The notes under the pieces were generated by a model. That model saw only the letters and a program-made list of their open reading frames with translations. It was not told where the DNA came from and did no database searches. A stretch of DNA of 64,000 nt from Octopus sinensis (lineage: Eukaryota). Of this stretch, positions 52,005-64,000 are shown in pieces; the stretch's first letter is position 1, and the number at the start of each line of letters is the position of its first letter. The stretch spans positions 40,238,001 through 40,302,000 of the forward strand of contig NC_042998.1 of the NCBI RefSeq assembly GCF_006345805.1. Reading direction: 5' to 3'. The translations under genes were made by a program, and so were the position numbers.

Positions 52005-52380
52005 GTGTGATAAAAAATTTGCTTCCCAGCACCACCCACATGGTACTGGGTTCAGTCTCACTGCATGGCACCTTGGGCAAGTGTGTTATACTATAACCTT
52101 GGCTCAACCAAAGCCTTGTGAGTGGATTTGGTAGATGGATGCTATTAAATAAATATATATGTGTGTGTGTGTGTGTATTTGTTCTTGTGTTTGTCCCCCA
52201 CCAACACTTGACAACCAGTGTTAGTATATTTATGCCTCTGGAACTTGGTTCAGAAAAGAGACTGAGAGAATAAGTACTAGCCTTTAAAAAAATACTTTGG
52301 TTGATTTGTTCAACTAAAATCATTCAAGATGGTGCTCCAGTACGGCCACAGTCTAATGACTGAAAGAAATAAGATATATA
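52005..52380 (+). mobile_element. Major tRNA-SINE family, diverged copy
   Basis: Homologous to 38897-39323. Confidence 0.7.
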
Positions 52381-52860
52381 TGTGCATAAATGTTTATTTC
52401 TGTGTCTTTGCCTGGCATGGTTTTTAGCTATGGTAACAATATTCCTGCAGTTTGGTTGTTTCATCTTGTGAAGTCAAATGGAATATAAATATCTTACTTG
52501 AAAAACAGGTAAAGGTTTGTGACAGGAGGAACATCCAATTGAAGAATATTACTTCAATAAATCTCATCTTACCCATGCCAGCATGGAGAAAATAGATATG
52601 CACACAAAAAAATATTATGAACATGGTATATAAATATTAGTGTGGCACCTTCTACTGTAGCCTTGGGTCGACTAAAGCCTTGTGAGTGGATTTGGTAGAT
52701 GAAAACTGAAAGAAGCCTATTGTGTGTGTGTATGTATATATGTATGTATGTATTATGTGTGCATGTCTTTGCGTCTGTTTGACCTCTCATCACTGCTTGA
52801 CAGCCAGTGTTGATGTGTTTATGACCCGATAACTTATTGGTTTGACAAAAGAGATTGGTA

Positions 52861-54150
52861 CGAGGGGCGTTCAATAAGTAATGCCCCTGACCCACTTCCC
52901 ATTGCAGTAGAGCAACGAAACTTCGCAGTTATTAGTCTTTTTCTACATAGGAATCACCCAGAGTTACGCATTTCTCCCATCGTTTGATGCAGCTCTGGAG
53001 ACCGTTTTTGTAGAAGACTCCAGCTTGGTCCTCCAACCACGGCATGACTTCAGAAATCAAGGCTGCATCATCTGGGAAACGCTTTCCATTCAAAAACAAC
53101 TTCATGGCTGGGAAGAGGTGAAAATCAGAGAGTGCAAGGCCAGGAGAGTAGGGGGATGGGGGAGGAGTTCATAGCTGCACACCTGTGCTTCTGATCTGGC
53201 GACACGCGAGTTGTGGACCAGAGCATTGTCCTGCAGGAGGAGGATGCTTTTGCTGATCTTGCCCCGCCTCTTGATTTTGATAGCTTCTCTTAATTTCTTC
53301 AAGAGTGAAGCATAATAGGCTCCTGTAATTGTGGTACCCTTTGCCAGGAAATCTGTCATCACTACTCCGTCCTGGTCCCAGAAGACTGTGAGCATGACCT
53401 TGCAAGCGGAGGGCTGCACCCTTACCTTCTTTGGAGGAGGTGAGTCACGGTGCTTCCACTGCATTGACTGGGCTGTGGTCTCTGGATCATAGTGATGGAC
53501 CCAGGTTTCATCCTGTGTAATAATTCTTTTGAAAAATTTTGACTCATCTTCTTGGCACATCTCCAAATTCATCCTCAAGCACTCGATGTGTTCTTGCTTC
53601 TGGAAAGGTGTGAGCAACCTGGGAATCCATCTGGCAGACACCTTTTGCATATGCAAATGGTCATGAATGATAGTTTCCACAGACCTGGTACTAATCTTGA
53701 CCTCATGGGCTATTTGGCGAATAGTTATGCGTCGATCTTCCAAAATGGCAGCCTCAACTTGACGGACAGATGCCTCATCAATGACAGAAGCGGGGCAACC
53801 AGATCTGGGAGCTATTTCCACAGAGTTCTGACCATGTTTGAATTCATGATGCCTGCGTTTTACAAGGTCATATGATGGGGCATCATCACCATAAGTTACT
53901 TTCATTTCATTGAAAGTCTCCCGTGGTGTGCGTCCTTTCAAATACAAAAACCGGATCACTGCTCGACACTCAACAGGCTCCATTTCACACTTGACTCAGT
54001 TCAAACACCTGTTAATCAGAAACCACAATTATTTCAGAGCTGTAATTTGCCACTTAATCTATAGAGATATAAATAATTGCACATGCAAAATTTCAGCTAG
54101 ATCAAACAACTGCAAGTGGGTCAGGGGCATTACTTATTGAATGTCCCTCG
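52861..54150 (-). mobile_element. Full-length mariner element (1290 bp, TA TSD) inserted in a SINE
   Basis: TIRs cgaggggcgttcaataagtaatgcccctgacccactt and aagtgggtcaggggcattacttattgaatgtccctcg, flanked by TA. The SINE sequence gagattggTA..TAgaatgaatactagg resumes across it. Confidence 0.95.
52932..53983 (-). pseudogene. Mariner transposase with a frameshift near HPPYSPDLAPSD
   Basis: WIPRLL, ITQDETWVHHY and LLQDNA motifs. The frame is lost at HPP and the C-terminus (..YVEKD*) continues in another frame. Confidence 0.9.
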
Positions 54151-54283
54151 TAGAATGAATACTAGGCTTTAAAAAATAAGTCCTGGAGTTTTGTTCGACT
54201 AAAAACCCCTCAAAGTGGTACTCCAGCATGGCCACAGTCAAATGATTGAAATGAATAAAAGATTGAATAAAAGGGTTAATGAA

Positions 54284-56278
54284 TGAGAAAAGGGAGTGGG
54301 GCAGAGCAGGGTACTTGTTGTAGAAGAGCTATTGGCTACTCACACTTAAAGGAAAGTGAGAATGCTTAAAAATTCAAATTGCTAATAAGTTGGCTTTCTG
54401 AAGCCTAGCTACCATTTAGTGGTATTCTTTTATTTGTTTTGTATGTATATATATATATATATATCATCAGAAAGTGTTATAAGACTGTTCCCTAAAAATG
54501 TATGCCAGCATTTCATATATTATTTATATTTGGGAACTGTCATTTTTGAAATAGTCTATTTAGGAATGTACATAGCAATACCAGTATTTCACAGCTCAAA
54601 AGTATATGAAGGGTCTTTTCATGAAGGCTGCTCCTACTATCTATAATTCCTTTTGAATTTCATTTACCATCTTGAAGCAGTTCCCTTTCAGCTTCAGTTT
54701 CATTTTGGGTAAAAACAGTAAGGCACATGTGATGTGATCACTTTCAATTTGATTATCAAGAGCTTGGGCAAACTTTGTAACAACAGGATATATATTTATG
54801 TTTACTGTGAGAATCTTCAAGATGTGTGTTTAGGCTTTATGTGAAAATATAGCAAATGCCATAATTAAATCACACCATGTGTTTTGCTTGTGATTGGTTG
54901 TTCTGAACATGTTGCAATGACACTCAGCTGGTCTTAAAGCATGCATGCTTTTCAAGCACTGTATTCAGCTTACAAAATGTTTGTCAAAAGTCTGACAAAA
55001 CATTTTAAGGTATTTGGCAGTAGATTTACTGAGTTTTCATGCAGAATTTGATGCTGGCTTGTTGCTTGAAGTTGTCAGCCTTATAAAAACTGCGGAGCTG
55101 TTCTAACACAACATTATAAGACATGAACAGGAGTAGATAGTGTGATGCCTGTTTGCAGACTGACTCAAATTGGCTGACTACCAATAATCATTAACTTTAT
55201 ACAAATACGTTTTTGCCGGCATACAAGTTGGCATAGTATGTAGTGAAAACATTCAAACATCACCACTATCTTTCCAAATCCTGCTGTATTTTACATGGAA
55301 TTTTTGGTCCTCTAAAGTTGTCTTAGTGTATAAGTCAACTTACCTTTTTTGGCTCTAAATTTTGGTTGGAAAAATTTGACTTGTCTGCCAGAAAATACAT
55401 TGTTCATTGAACAGTACAATTACAGCATCTACTGTCTAAAACCTTTCTGATATCTTATACATACATATATGTATGTATATATATATGCGTGTGTGTGTGC
55501 ATACATATATATATGTATGTGTGTGTATATATAATATGTATGTATATTCACATGCAAATACAGGGTTAGAATTATCAGTTATACACAATGCACTCAAAAT
55601 GTTTTCTTATTGATATGCACATCACAAAACATGGTCTCCCTCTGGTTATGATGCAGGTTTGAACAGTAAACAAAGTTGAGGACCTGACAGAATCATTAGT
55701 GATAGGGATGAAAAAACTTTGCAGTATTTATTTTAGCTCTTTGTTCTGCATTCAAATCTTACTGTGGACAACTTTGCTTTTTATCCCTCCATGAGTTGAT
55801 AAAATAATGTACCAGTCAAGTGAAAGCAGGTATTTTACATGGGCAATTACCTACCAAATTCAGTTCAACAACTTACAATAATTGCCTTTGTGACTGACTG
55901 GAAATTCACCAACATCATCATTTAATATCCATGTTCCATGCTAGCATGGCTCAACAGGATCTGATAAATCCTAGGACTGCATCATGCTCCATCATCTGTT
56001 TTGGCATGGTTTCCATGGCTGGATGCCCTTTTTAATGCCAACTACTTTACAATGTGTACAGGGTACTTTTTGCATGCCACTGATACTAGCAAGTTTGCCT
56101 TGTAGCTCACCACACTACAGAGCCCAAGGGGCAGAGGTATGAGAAAAGAGAGTGGGGAAGAGCAGAGTCCTTGTTGTAGAAGAGCTATTGGCTACTCACA
56201 CTTAGAGGAAAGTGAGAATGCTTAAAAATTTAAATTGCAAATAAGTTGGCTTTCTGAAGCCTAGCTATTATTTAGTGG
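54284..56278. repeat. Two direct copies of a segment of about 135 bp (54284-54422 and 56141-56278)
   Basis: Both contain cttgttgtagaagagctattggctactcacactta..ggaaagtgagaatgcttaaaaatt..aataagttggctttctgaagcctagcta. Confidence 0.8.
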
Positions 56279-56519
56279 TCTCTTGTTGGCTCATACAAAC
56301 ATATATGCATGTATAAGATAGTGTGGTGTAATTTTCCAGTTTTTGCTAACACTTCCTTGATAGTTCATATATATGTGGTTGCCATTTCTGCCAGGTCTTG
56401 TTGAAATGAAGAGGTTTTTCCCTGTTGACTCATATTTGCATACATACGTTATGGCTTGGGAGAGATGGGGCTGCTATTTCTAATTAGTCTCCCTAACATG
56501 TAGAAGTTTCTGTGTTGGC

Positions 56520-57604
56520 TCCAGCAGTCCACAAGCTTGCGTATTCACTCAAAGAAGAAGATTTTCAGTTGGTTGTGCAACAATTTATACACCACTTCCT
56601 TCACATCTTCATCCATAGGAAATCAACAACCTTGTAAACCATCTTTGAGTGGTTCAAAGATATGATAGTCAGAAGGGTGGGCTGTAAGCAGGGTGTTCTG
56701 GCACCTCAAAACCCAATTGGTTAATGGTTTCAACAGTTTGGGCAGCCGTGCTTTGTCATGAAAGAACAAAATTTTCTTTGACAATAGGCTTTAGCGTTTA
56801 TTGTGAGTTGCTGGATTCAGTTTGTTGGTCAGCAAAGTACTGTATCTTGCACTGTTGATTGTACACCCCTTTTCCAAGTAGTCTTCCAGTATAGGCCCTT
56901 TTGAGTCCCAAGAAAAGGTTAGAATCACCTTTCCCACAGAAGACTGAATCTTGAATTACTTCGTTGCTGGTGAGCCAGGATGTTTCCACTCCATATTCTG
57001 TCTTTTGGATTCTGCTTCTTAATGATGGACCCACATTTCATCTCCTGTGACTATTCTGCTCAAAAATTCCCCGCCCTCGTTGTTGTAGCAATCGAATAAA
57101 CGTTGGTAGACCTCAAGATGCTTGTGCTCTGCAGCAAGCTCTCTTGGCACCCATCTTGCACAGACTTTATGGATGCTGAGCTCATTGTGGATAATTTGAT
57201 AGGCAGAACCATGACTTATCTGTAGAGAACAAGCTACCTCATCGATGATAACTCGCCAGTTCATCATTACCATCTCTTGAGTTTGTTGAATCTTCTCATC
57301 AGTGGTGGAGGTTGATGGGCATCCCTGTATTGTGCTAAAAGCCTCCAATGAATTTCAGCACCTGACACACCTTCCAACCAGAGAAATTGGATCACTACTC
57401 TTTGTTCTTCTTTGGTGCACATTGCTAGTGGAGCAGCCATGCTTACAAAGTAAAGCCAGAAAGAAAAATGGTGCGATCAGGCTCAAATTTCGATCATGTG
57501 ACCACAATAGTACCAACTATAAGCATGCATGCGCAGAAAACAGTGTTACAGTAATAAAGATATGCTATGGCAAAAGTGCAGATAATTTTTGACTTCCCTC
57601 TTGT
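56520..57604 (-). mobile_element. Degraded mariner element
   Basis: KVCARWVPREL and IVTGDEMWVHH motifs (ORF 57019-57348). TIR-like end gataatttttgacttccctcttgta. Confidence 0.8.
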
Positions 57605-60600
57605 ACGTATATGACACTTATCAGATTTATAAAGTGTACTTTGAGGTGGATTTGGTTGATGTTTCTAGCAGCTTGCGATACCATGCTGTGACTCCCTGCC
57701 TTTTTTTTTCCATCCTTCCTTTTTTACTGTCACTGCATATAACACTTCATTAGTTAAATGATGCGTTGAAGCACTACATAGGTTTATCAGTAGAAGATGA
57801 AAAATATATTTCAAAGAACTTTATTTTTTTGCACACGAATGGAATCTACAAAGTTCAAAAGATTGAAATCTAATGACTGCTTAAAAAGGTTGTTATATGA
57901 AATAGTGATAAAAATGTAAACAAATCAATGTTATAATTCTCCTTCACTTTCTCTCTCTCTCTGTATTTTCTCTTCATGTGTATCTCTCATTCTGTTCCAC
58001 TGTTTTAGAGAGAGAGAGAAAGACTGAAGAAGAAAGAAATACAGTTTAATTTTGCGCAAACACATTTTAGAATCTCTCATTAGTAGTTCACACTACCACT
58101 TTTTTCCAACTGTATGCATTTCTACTTTTCTCTAATACAACTCCATTTCAACTATGTCATTCCCTGATAGGCAGTTGTGTGCGGTTTGAGGGAGATGTCG
58201 CTTTTATTTCTCAAATCATTAAACAAATCTTCCCTGTGAGATGGCAATTAATAGTATACATGCTTTTGTGGATATTAGTTTTGTAGTTTCTGAATACAGG
58301 GCAAACATATGCATAAACCATTCATATTTATATAAATGAATAATAGACATCTTGGTCAAATCTTTATTTGCAATATCTAAATATCTTTGTTTAACTAATG
58401 GTATTAAAATCTCATTCTATTTGACAACAATTAGTACAGCAAAGAAATGAGTGATATAACAATCTTCACCTTTTCTTGTTTCATAAAGCTTTAAGGCTAT
58501 AAAATTCATATAAAAGCAAGAATAAATGCAACAGCTGGTGTTGCATGGCCTACTTTACTGAATTTATTTACAAATACTTAGCCCTATTTTCACCATTTGG
58601 TACTAGTTGCACAAAGCCTATTCTAAATTGGTATCATGATCATTCTTAACAGTTTTTCTTGAATGTCTGCTTTATAAATGAGCTTTCCTTTGGATATTAA
58701 CAATGTATATTCTTTCTCCTTTTTGACCAGCTCTGCATGATGGCTTTGTACTATTTGTTTTTTTATAGTTTACAAAGGTTATACAATCAGCACATTATAA
58801 TTTGAATTCTTTAGAACTCTGACAACAGACGTGGTGTTGACATTACTCCGATTCTAAATATAGTAGTAAATCTATACATTCTTTGGCATTTCTAGTTGAA
58901 ATGAATATTATTAATTTGATATCATTATTAAATAATGTGCTCACTGATTATAAAATTAGAACAGTACTGTCACCTTGTATATTCGTTTTGACAATAGGCA
59001 CAGACATGGAGATATGATAAAGGAGCTTGTTTTGTAATCACATAGTTCTGGGTTCAGTCTCACTGTGCAGCATCTTAAGCAAGTGTCTTCTGCTATAGCT
59101 TCAAGTTGACTGAAGTCATGTGAGTGAAATTGGGTTGATGGTTATGTGCTATAACTGTTCTTGAGTGGTAAAACTATTTTCTCCCCCTACCTTCACAAAG
59201 TCCCTGCTTGTGAAACTTAACATGCTTAGAGGATCTCAGTAAAAATAAAGTTGTTGCTCTTAACATTGTCTTCATATCTATCTTACATGATTAAAGGAAA
59301 GCTATTTTTATATGGATTCCATAATCTACTCATCTGAAGGGAAAAGTATCATCAAATTAGTCCAAAAATGTGTCAATGGGTCTTTCTTTGACTCTCATTC
59401 TATCAGTTCAGTGTAACTCAAGGTTTTGTTATGGCTGCCACAGATTTTCTTCTTTACTTTTCCTGTTACCATTAGCCACACAGATGGTACTGAAAACACA
59501 CTATAGACATCTCTTGACCAAACATGTACTATTTCAATGAACAGAGACTTTGGAAGCAACCTTGATATAAAATTCAACAGCATCACCATGGTCATTACTC
59601 TTACCAAGCAGATACACCTATAACATTCTTCTAATGGGTACATGAGAAGCAGCTAAAACCTTCACGTACTCTATAAGTGCTCGTTCATCATCATCATCGT
59701 TTAACGTCCGCTTTCCATGCTAGCATTTCCATTTCTGTGATGACTTAACATGTGGTCATACATCTATAATATGGCAAATATTGCACCCTCAGGATAGGTT
59801 TTCTCTTTTTTTTTTTTTTTTGGGAATGAAAATATTTCAACTTTAAATACTGGCAGACCTTTTAAAGTAGAAGTGTACTTTCTGCATCTGGGATGGAAAA
59901 GAAAGAAAATTCATTCAACTGATAGCATTACCCTTCAGTTCACTTACATATGTTGTGTCCTTCTGTCTTTGCTACTTAGAACTTGCAAACTATACTAAAC
60001 ATGCTTTAATCTGTTTAATGCATCTACCCCTCATCTTATTATCCCAATTATTTTACTCATATCCGTACTCTAACCCATCAATTTATGAAAGTTTTAGCAG
60101 AACACTAACTGTATCAAGTTCAGCAGACTGATAGGATCTTTAAAATGCAGTTGACATTCCTTCACTCTTTTAGTAAAAACAGTTTGCTTTCATGTTAAGG
60201 GAATACTGAGTAGATGGGCTCAAATTATAGGTTAAGCAACTAGTATTGGCTTAAATTTGAAATACTAACAAACTTACAAAGCATATTCCTACCTTTATGT
60301 GGTAAAATGAATGTAAAATACAGAGACTAGTTTTTACAAATGTCTTCAATCTTTGGCTACTTCTTTATAAAATTTGATAGAGCAGAAATGTGTTAAAAGG
60401 CATTCCAACTTTGACCTTTCCATATTTTTATATACCCAGAACTATAATATTCAGTGTGTCAAGTCCTTTAAGAGAGTAAGATTTTTGTTTTAATTGCAGA
60501 TGATTTTTGAATAAAGGATAGCTATAAAATATTCAGGTACTCAATTCTCACAGACACATCTAGATAAAATATTTCTTTATCTTACTTTGGATTTTCCAAA

Positions 60601-60606
60601 TAGCTA

Positions 60607-61040
60607 TTCTTTTACTCATTTCAATCATTTGACTGTGGCCATGCTAGGCCACCGCCTTTAGTTGAGCAAATCATCCCCAAGACTTATTCTTTATAAGCCT
60701 AGTACTTATTCTATCGGTCTCTTTTGCCGAACCGCTAAGTTATGGAGACGTAAACATACCAGCATTGGTTGTCAAGCGATGTTGGAGAGACAAACACATA
60801 CACACAAACACATACACACAAACACATACACACAAACACATACACACATATACATACACACACACACACACATATGCAAACGGCTTCTTTCAGTTTCCGT
60901 CTACCAAATCCACTCACAAGGCTTTGGTCGGCCCGAGGCTATAGTAGAAGACATTTGCTGAAGGTGCCACGCAGTGGGACTGAACCCGGAACCAAGTGGT
61001 TGGTAAGCAAGCTACTTACCACACAACCACTCTTGCACCT
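60607..61040 (-). mobile_element. Major tRNA-SINE family, full length, antisense in V-ATPase G intron 1
   Basis: Reverse complement of the 24807-25190 family with internal (CA)n. Confidence 0.85.
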
Positions 61041-61112
61041 ATCTGCACTATATTTGCATTGGTATTAACTGTTTCAAATGAATTATCACCTCTTGTTTGT
61101 TTGCATTTAAAG

Positions 61113-61213
61113 GAAAAGCAAGGCGTCTTAAACAAGCAAAAGAAGAAGCACAAGCAGAAATCGAAAGTTTCCGTGCAGAGTCTGACTCGAAATACAAAGA
61201 ATATGAGAACAAG
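61113..61213 (+). CDS. ATP6V1G: V-type proton ATPase subunit G, coding exon 2
   Basis: taaag|GA acceptor; (R)KARRLKQAKEEAQAEIESFRAESDSKYKEYENK, then |gttag; 101 nt, phase-compatible with exons 1 and 3. Confidence 0.93.
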
Positions 61214-62136
61214 GTTAGTGATGTATATGTTTGTATGCATGCTTTGGTTTGATAACTGTATTCATAATAAATTGTCATTTAGGGGACTTTTCAAATAGTT
61301 TGAGATTTGTTGCTTGAAGTGAATAGAACCTGTAGAAGGAGACCTAGGAAGACATGGAATGAAGTAGTGAGGACTGATCTCAAGATGTTGAGCCTCACAG
61401 GGAGATGACATCGAACTGAAATGTCTGGTGATTTGAGGTTCTTGATAAAACCTGCCTACCTCAGCAAAACTGAGTTCTTACAGCTCTGTGATTTATGGGC
61501 TCTCCACCCACACGTTACATTAAACCCTCCCCACCAAAATAAATTACATAGCTTAACATAAATCTGTGACTAAACTAATGGGTTTATATATGATACAAGT
61601 TTAGCAAGACAAAGAAAGATTGAAACTACTTGTAAATAGAACATAGGAAATGGAAAACTGTTTAATGAAAACAAGAAGCAAATTTCTCCTGATAGAATTT
61701 ATATTTTTACCTCTTATAATCAAAATTGTAATATGGATATTTTACAAACATAAGGGTGTGAATTTCATATATGTAAATTTGATGATCAATATTAATGAAC
61801 TGAATTGAACTTATAAATTTCTGACACATGATCCCAAGACTGTGGCATAACAGATGAGAGCATTAATGTTTTGTGCTTAAAATATAGATTTCTTATTTAT
61901 ATGTAAAAATATAACACTTGAAGACAAAATACACCTATAAAAGTTTAAAGTAGATAGAAAAAAAAAATGGTATTTAATATATCTAATGAATTTTTACAAT
62001 ATCAGATTTCTTGATGAAAAAAGAAAATTACTTTTGAAATTAAGACAAATATTCTTTTATTTACTCATAATTTCTTTACTACAGAACTTTTAGAATAAAT
62101 GCTTTTATAAATATAATTATTTTTTCCTTATTTCAG

Positions 62137-62307
62137 GTTCTTGGTTCACGAGGTGATATGGAACAAAGTATTCAAGATAGCACTCAACGGAAAATAGTAG
62201 ATCTTAACAACATGGTGAAGAAGAATAGAGAATATGCTTTGAAGAAACTTCTAGATATGGTGTATGATATTAAACCAGAGTTACATGAAAATTTTAAATC
62301 CTTGTAA
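62137..62307 (+). CDS. ATP6V1G: V-type proton ATPase subunit G, coding exon 3
   Basis: tttcag| acceptor; VLGSRGDMEQSIQDSTQRKIVDLNNMVKKNREYALKKLLDMVYDIKPELHENFKSL*. Total CDS is 354 nt (117 aa). Confidence 0.95.
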   Translation, partial: VLGSRGDMEQSIQDSTQRKIVDLNNMVKKNREYALKKLLDMVYDIKPELHENFKSL

Positions 62308-63700
62308 AATTTGGTCTATTGTCATGCGATTTATTATATAAATTATACTGGATATTATCTTAGTTACCATATATGTTATAAAATTGGTGATAGGCTGAAA
62401 TCAAAAGCCCAGACACTTAAATTGGCTAGGGCACAGAAGAATCATCATGAACATTTTCAACATTTCCATATGCTACCCATTCTTGCAAAAGATGAAGTAT
62501 GCACAGTTCAATTAACCAGCAAAGTTGCATCTGTTAGAATTTGTCTGACGCAGACTGCTCTGCCAGAAATAAAGGAAAGAATGTTCTTTTTTTTTTTCCA
62601 GTTCTTGACCATTATTTGTTTTTCATACTTCATTCATTTCTGGTAGTTTTAAGTCTTCACTAAAAGTGATTCTGAATGCTGTAATTTTTGTTATCCCATC
62701 AGTTTGATAGGAGTGTAAATTTTCAGTTATATCAGCTATATGGGCAATTTAGAAAAAGTAAGACATTATTGGACTTACATTTGACTTGTTTCAAGAAAAT
62801 TAAAAGAAAAATGAAATATATTTCACAATTTTTGTTTTTAATTCATTTTGTCTATTGTTAACTGTAATATATAATGAATCTAAACTTAACTTTCAGCTCC
62901 TGCTTTAATGTGATTCTTCTGCAATAGTAGTTAGTGATTAGATCTAAATGGGCAGTTTTATGAAAATCTGTTTATCTATAAGTTTACAAACCCAGGTTTG
63001 GTTCACAAAAAGTTATGCTCTCAGCCTGTTTGTATTAGTAAACTGATTGTGAGTCTATGTTGTTTTATGGTTCTGATTGACATCTCAACAAAGTCAATTT
63101 AACCTTTCACTCATCAGCCAATAGTCTCAGTCAAGTAAACCTATAAACATATTACAGCTATGACCATTCCATCTGTTTTTGTATATCTAAGATGCTTCAT
63201 TGACCAATTTGCTCTTCTTTCTTGAGATGATACAGTGATGAATTTAGCTGCTTGCTCAAGCAGTTGCATAGAGTATTGTCTCTGGTTCAAATAGCACCAG
63301 TAATTTTAAGGAGTCATCTACTTCAGTCTTTTAGTAGTAGTTTCTGAAATAGATACCTTTTGAGTTACCACTATATTTTATGCAAAATGAGTTTGTAGCA
63401 CTTTGTTAAATTTACAAGTGTCTTTGGGTCGGTACATCACATTTGTGAAAATAATGTTTTGCTATTGAATATGGCTGGGTGGGATAATAGTTTTTTTTTT
63501 TTTTTATTATCTGTTTACTTGGATTGCATTTCATGATGGGGCACTACTTTGAAGGGGTTTAATCAAACAAATCAACCCCAGTTCTTATTTTTTTAGTCTG
63601 ATACTTATTCTGTTGGTTTCTTTTGCTGAACCATTAAGTTATGGCAACATATACAATTCAACGCCAGATGTCAAGTGGTTGGAGGACAGACACAAGTATA

Positions 63701-64000
63701 TCAGGTCATCCCATAAGTTCTGTCCAAATTTTGAATAAAGAAAACAAGTGATCAAATGTTATATTTAATTGGAATTTAATCATCAATGTACTTTCCCTGA
63801 TTATCTATGACTTCCTTCCATCTATTTACAAGCTTTTTAATCCCATCAATGTAAAACTCTTTTGGTTTCAAAACGAAGAACTCTGAAATGTCAGTTTCGA
63901 CCTCCTCCTGGCTTGCAAAAGTTATGTCCCCCAAATGATTCTGTAAACTACAAAACAAATAGTAGTCTGAAGGAGCAAGGTCAGGAGAATAAGGTGGATG
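63701..64000 (-). mobile_element. Mariner element 3' end (runs off the window)
   Basis: HPPYSPDLAPSDYYLFCSLQNHL..FYIDGIKKLVNRWKEVIDNQGKYIDD*, plus TIR ta|tcaggtcatcccataagttc. Confidence 0.85.

Noticed and set aside
60996-61298. 100-aa ORF overlapping V-ATPase G exon 2
   Set aside because: It is in the wrong frame; the conserved protein is read in another frame through splicing.

Overview
AT-rich, repeat-dense animal genomic DNA. The SINE families, microsatellites and gene sequences point to a coleoid cephalopod, most likely Octopus (inference). Two host genes are divergently oriented. RO60/TROVE2 lies on the - strand; only its first coding exon was found (31094-31601), and I could not identify downstream exons in 1-31093. 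A complete three-exon V-ATPase subunit G gene lies on the + strand (46508-62307, 117 aa), with an M-box/CLEAR site just upstream. The rest is mostly transposon debris: tRNA-derived SINEs, RTE and CR1 LINE ends, a degraded CRE-clade retrotransposon with an N-terminal PHD finger, two non-autonomous Helitrons, mariner/maT elements and MITEs. The most striking unexplained structure is a set of five short non-coding loci (about 0.95, 22.2, 27.8, 33.7 and 44.5 kb) that carry minimal type-I hammerhead ribozyme motifs with palindromic stem III. All sit in or beside (TA)n/(TG)n microsatellites, and four are long head-to-head fold-backs. They include a canonical core, a U4C core and a G3:C8 compensatory-swap core. 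They look like several non-autonomous Penelope-like/retrozyme-like families. All RNA structures were folded by eye, and no database search was run.
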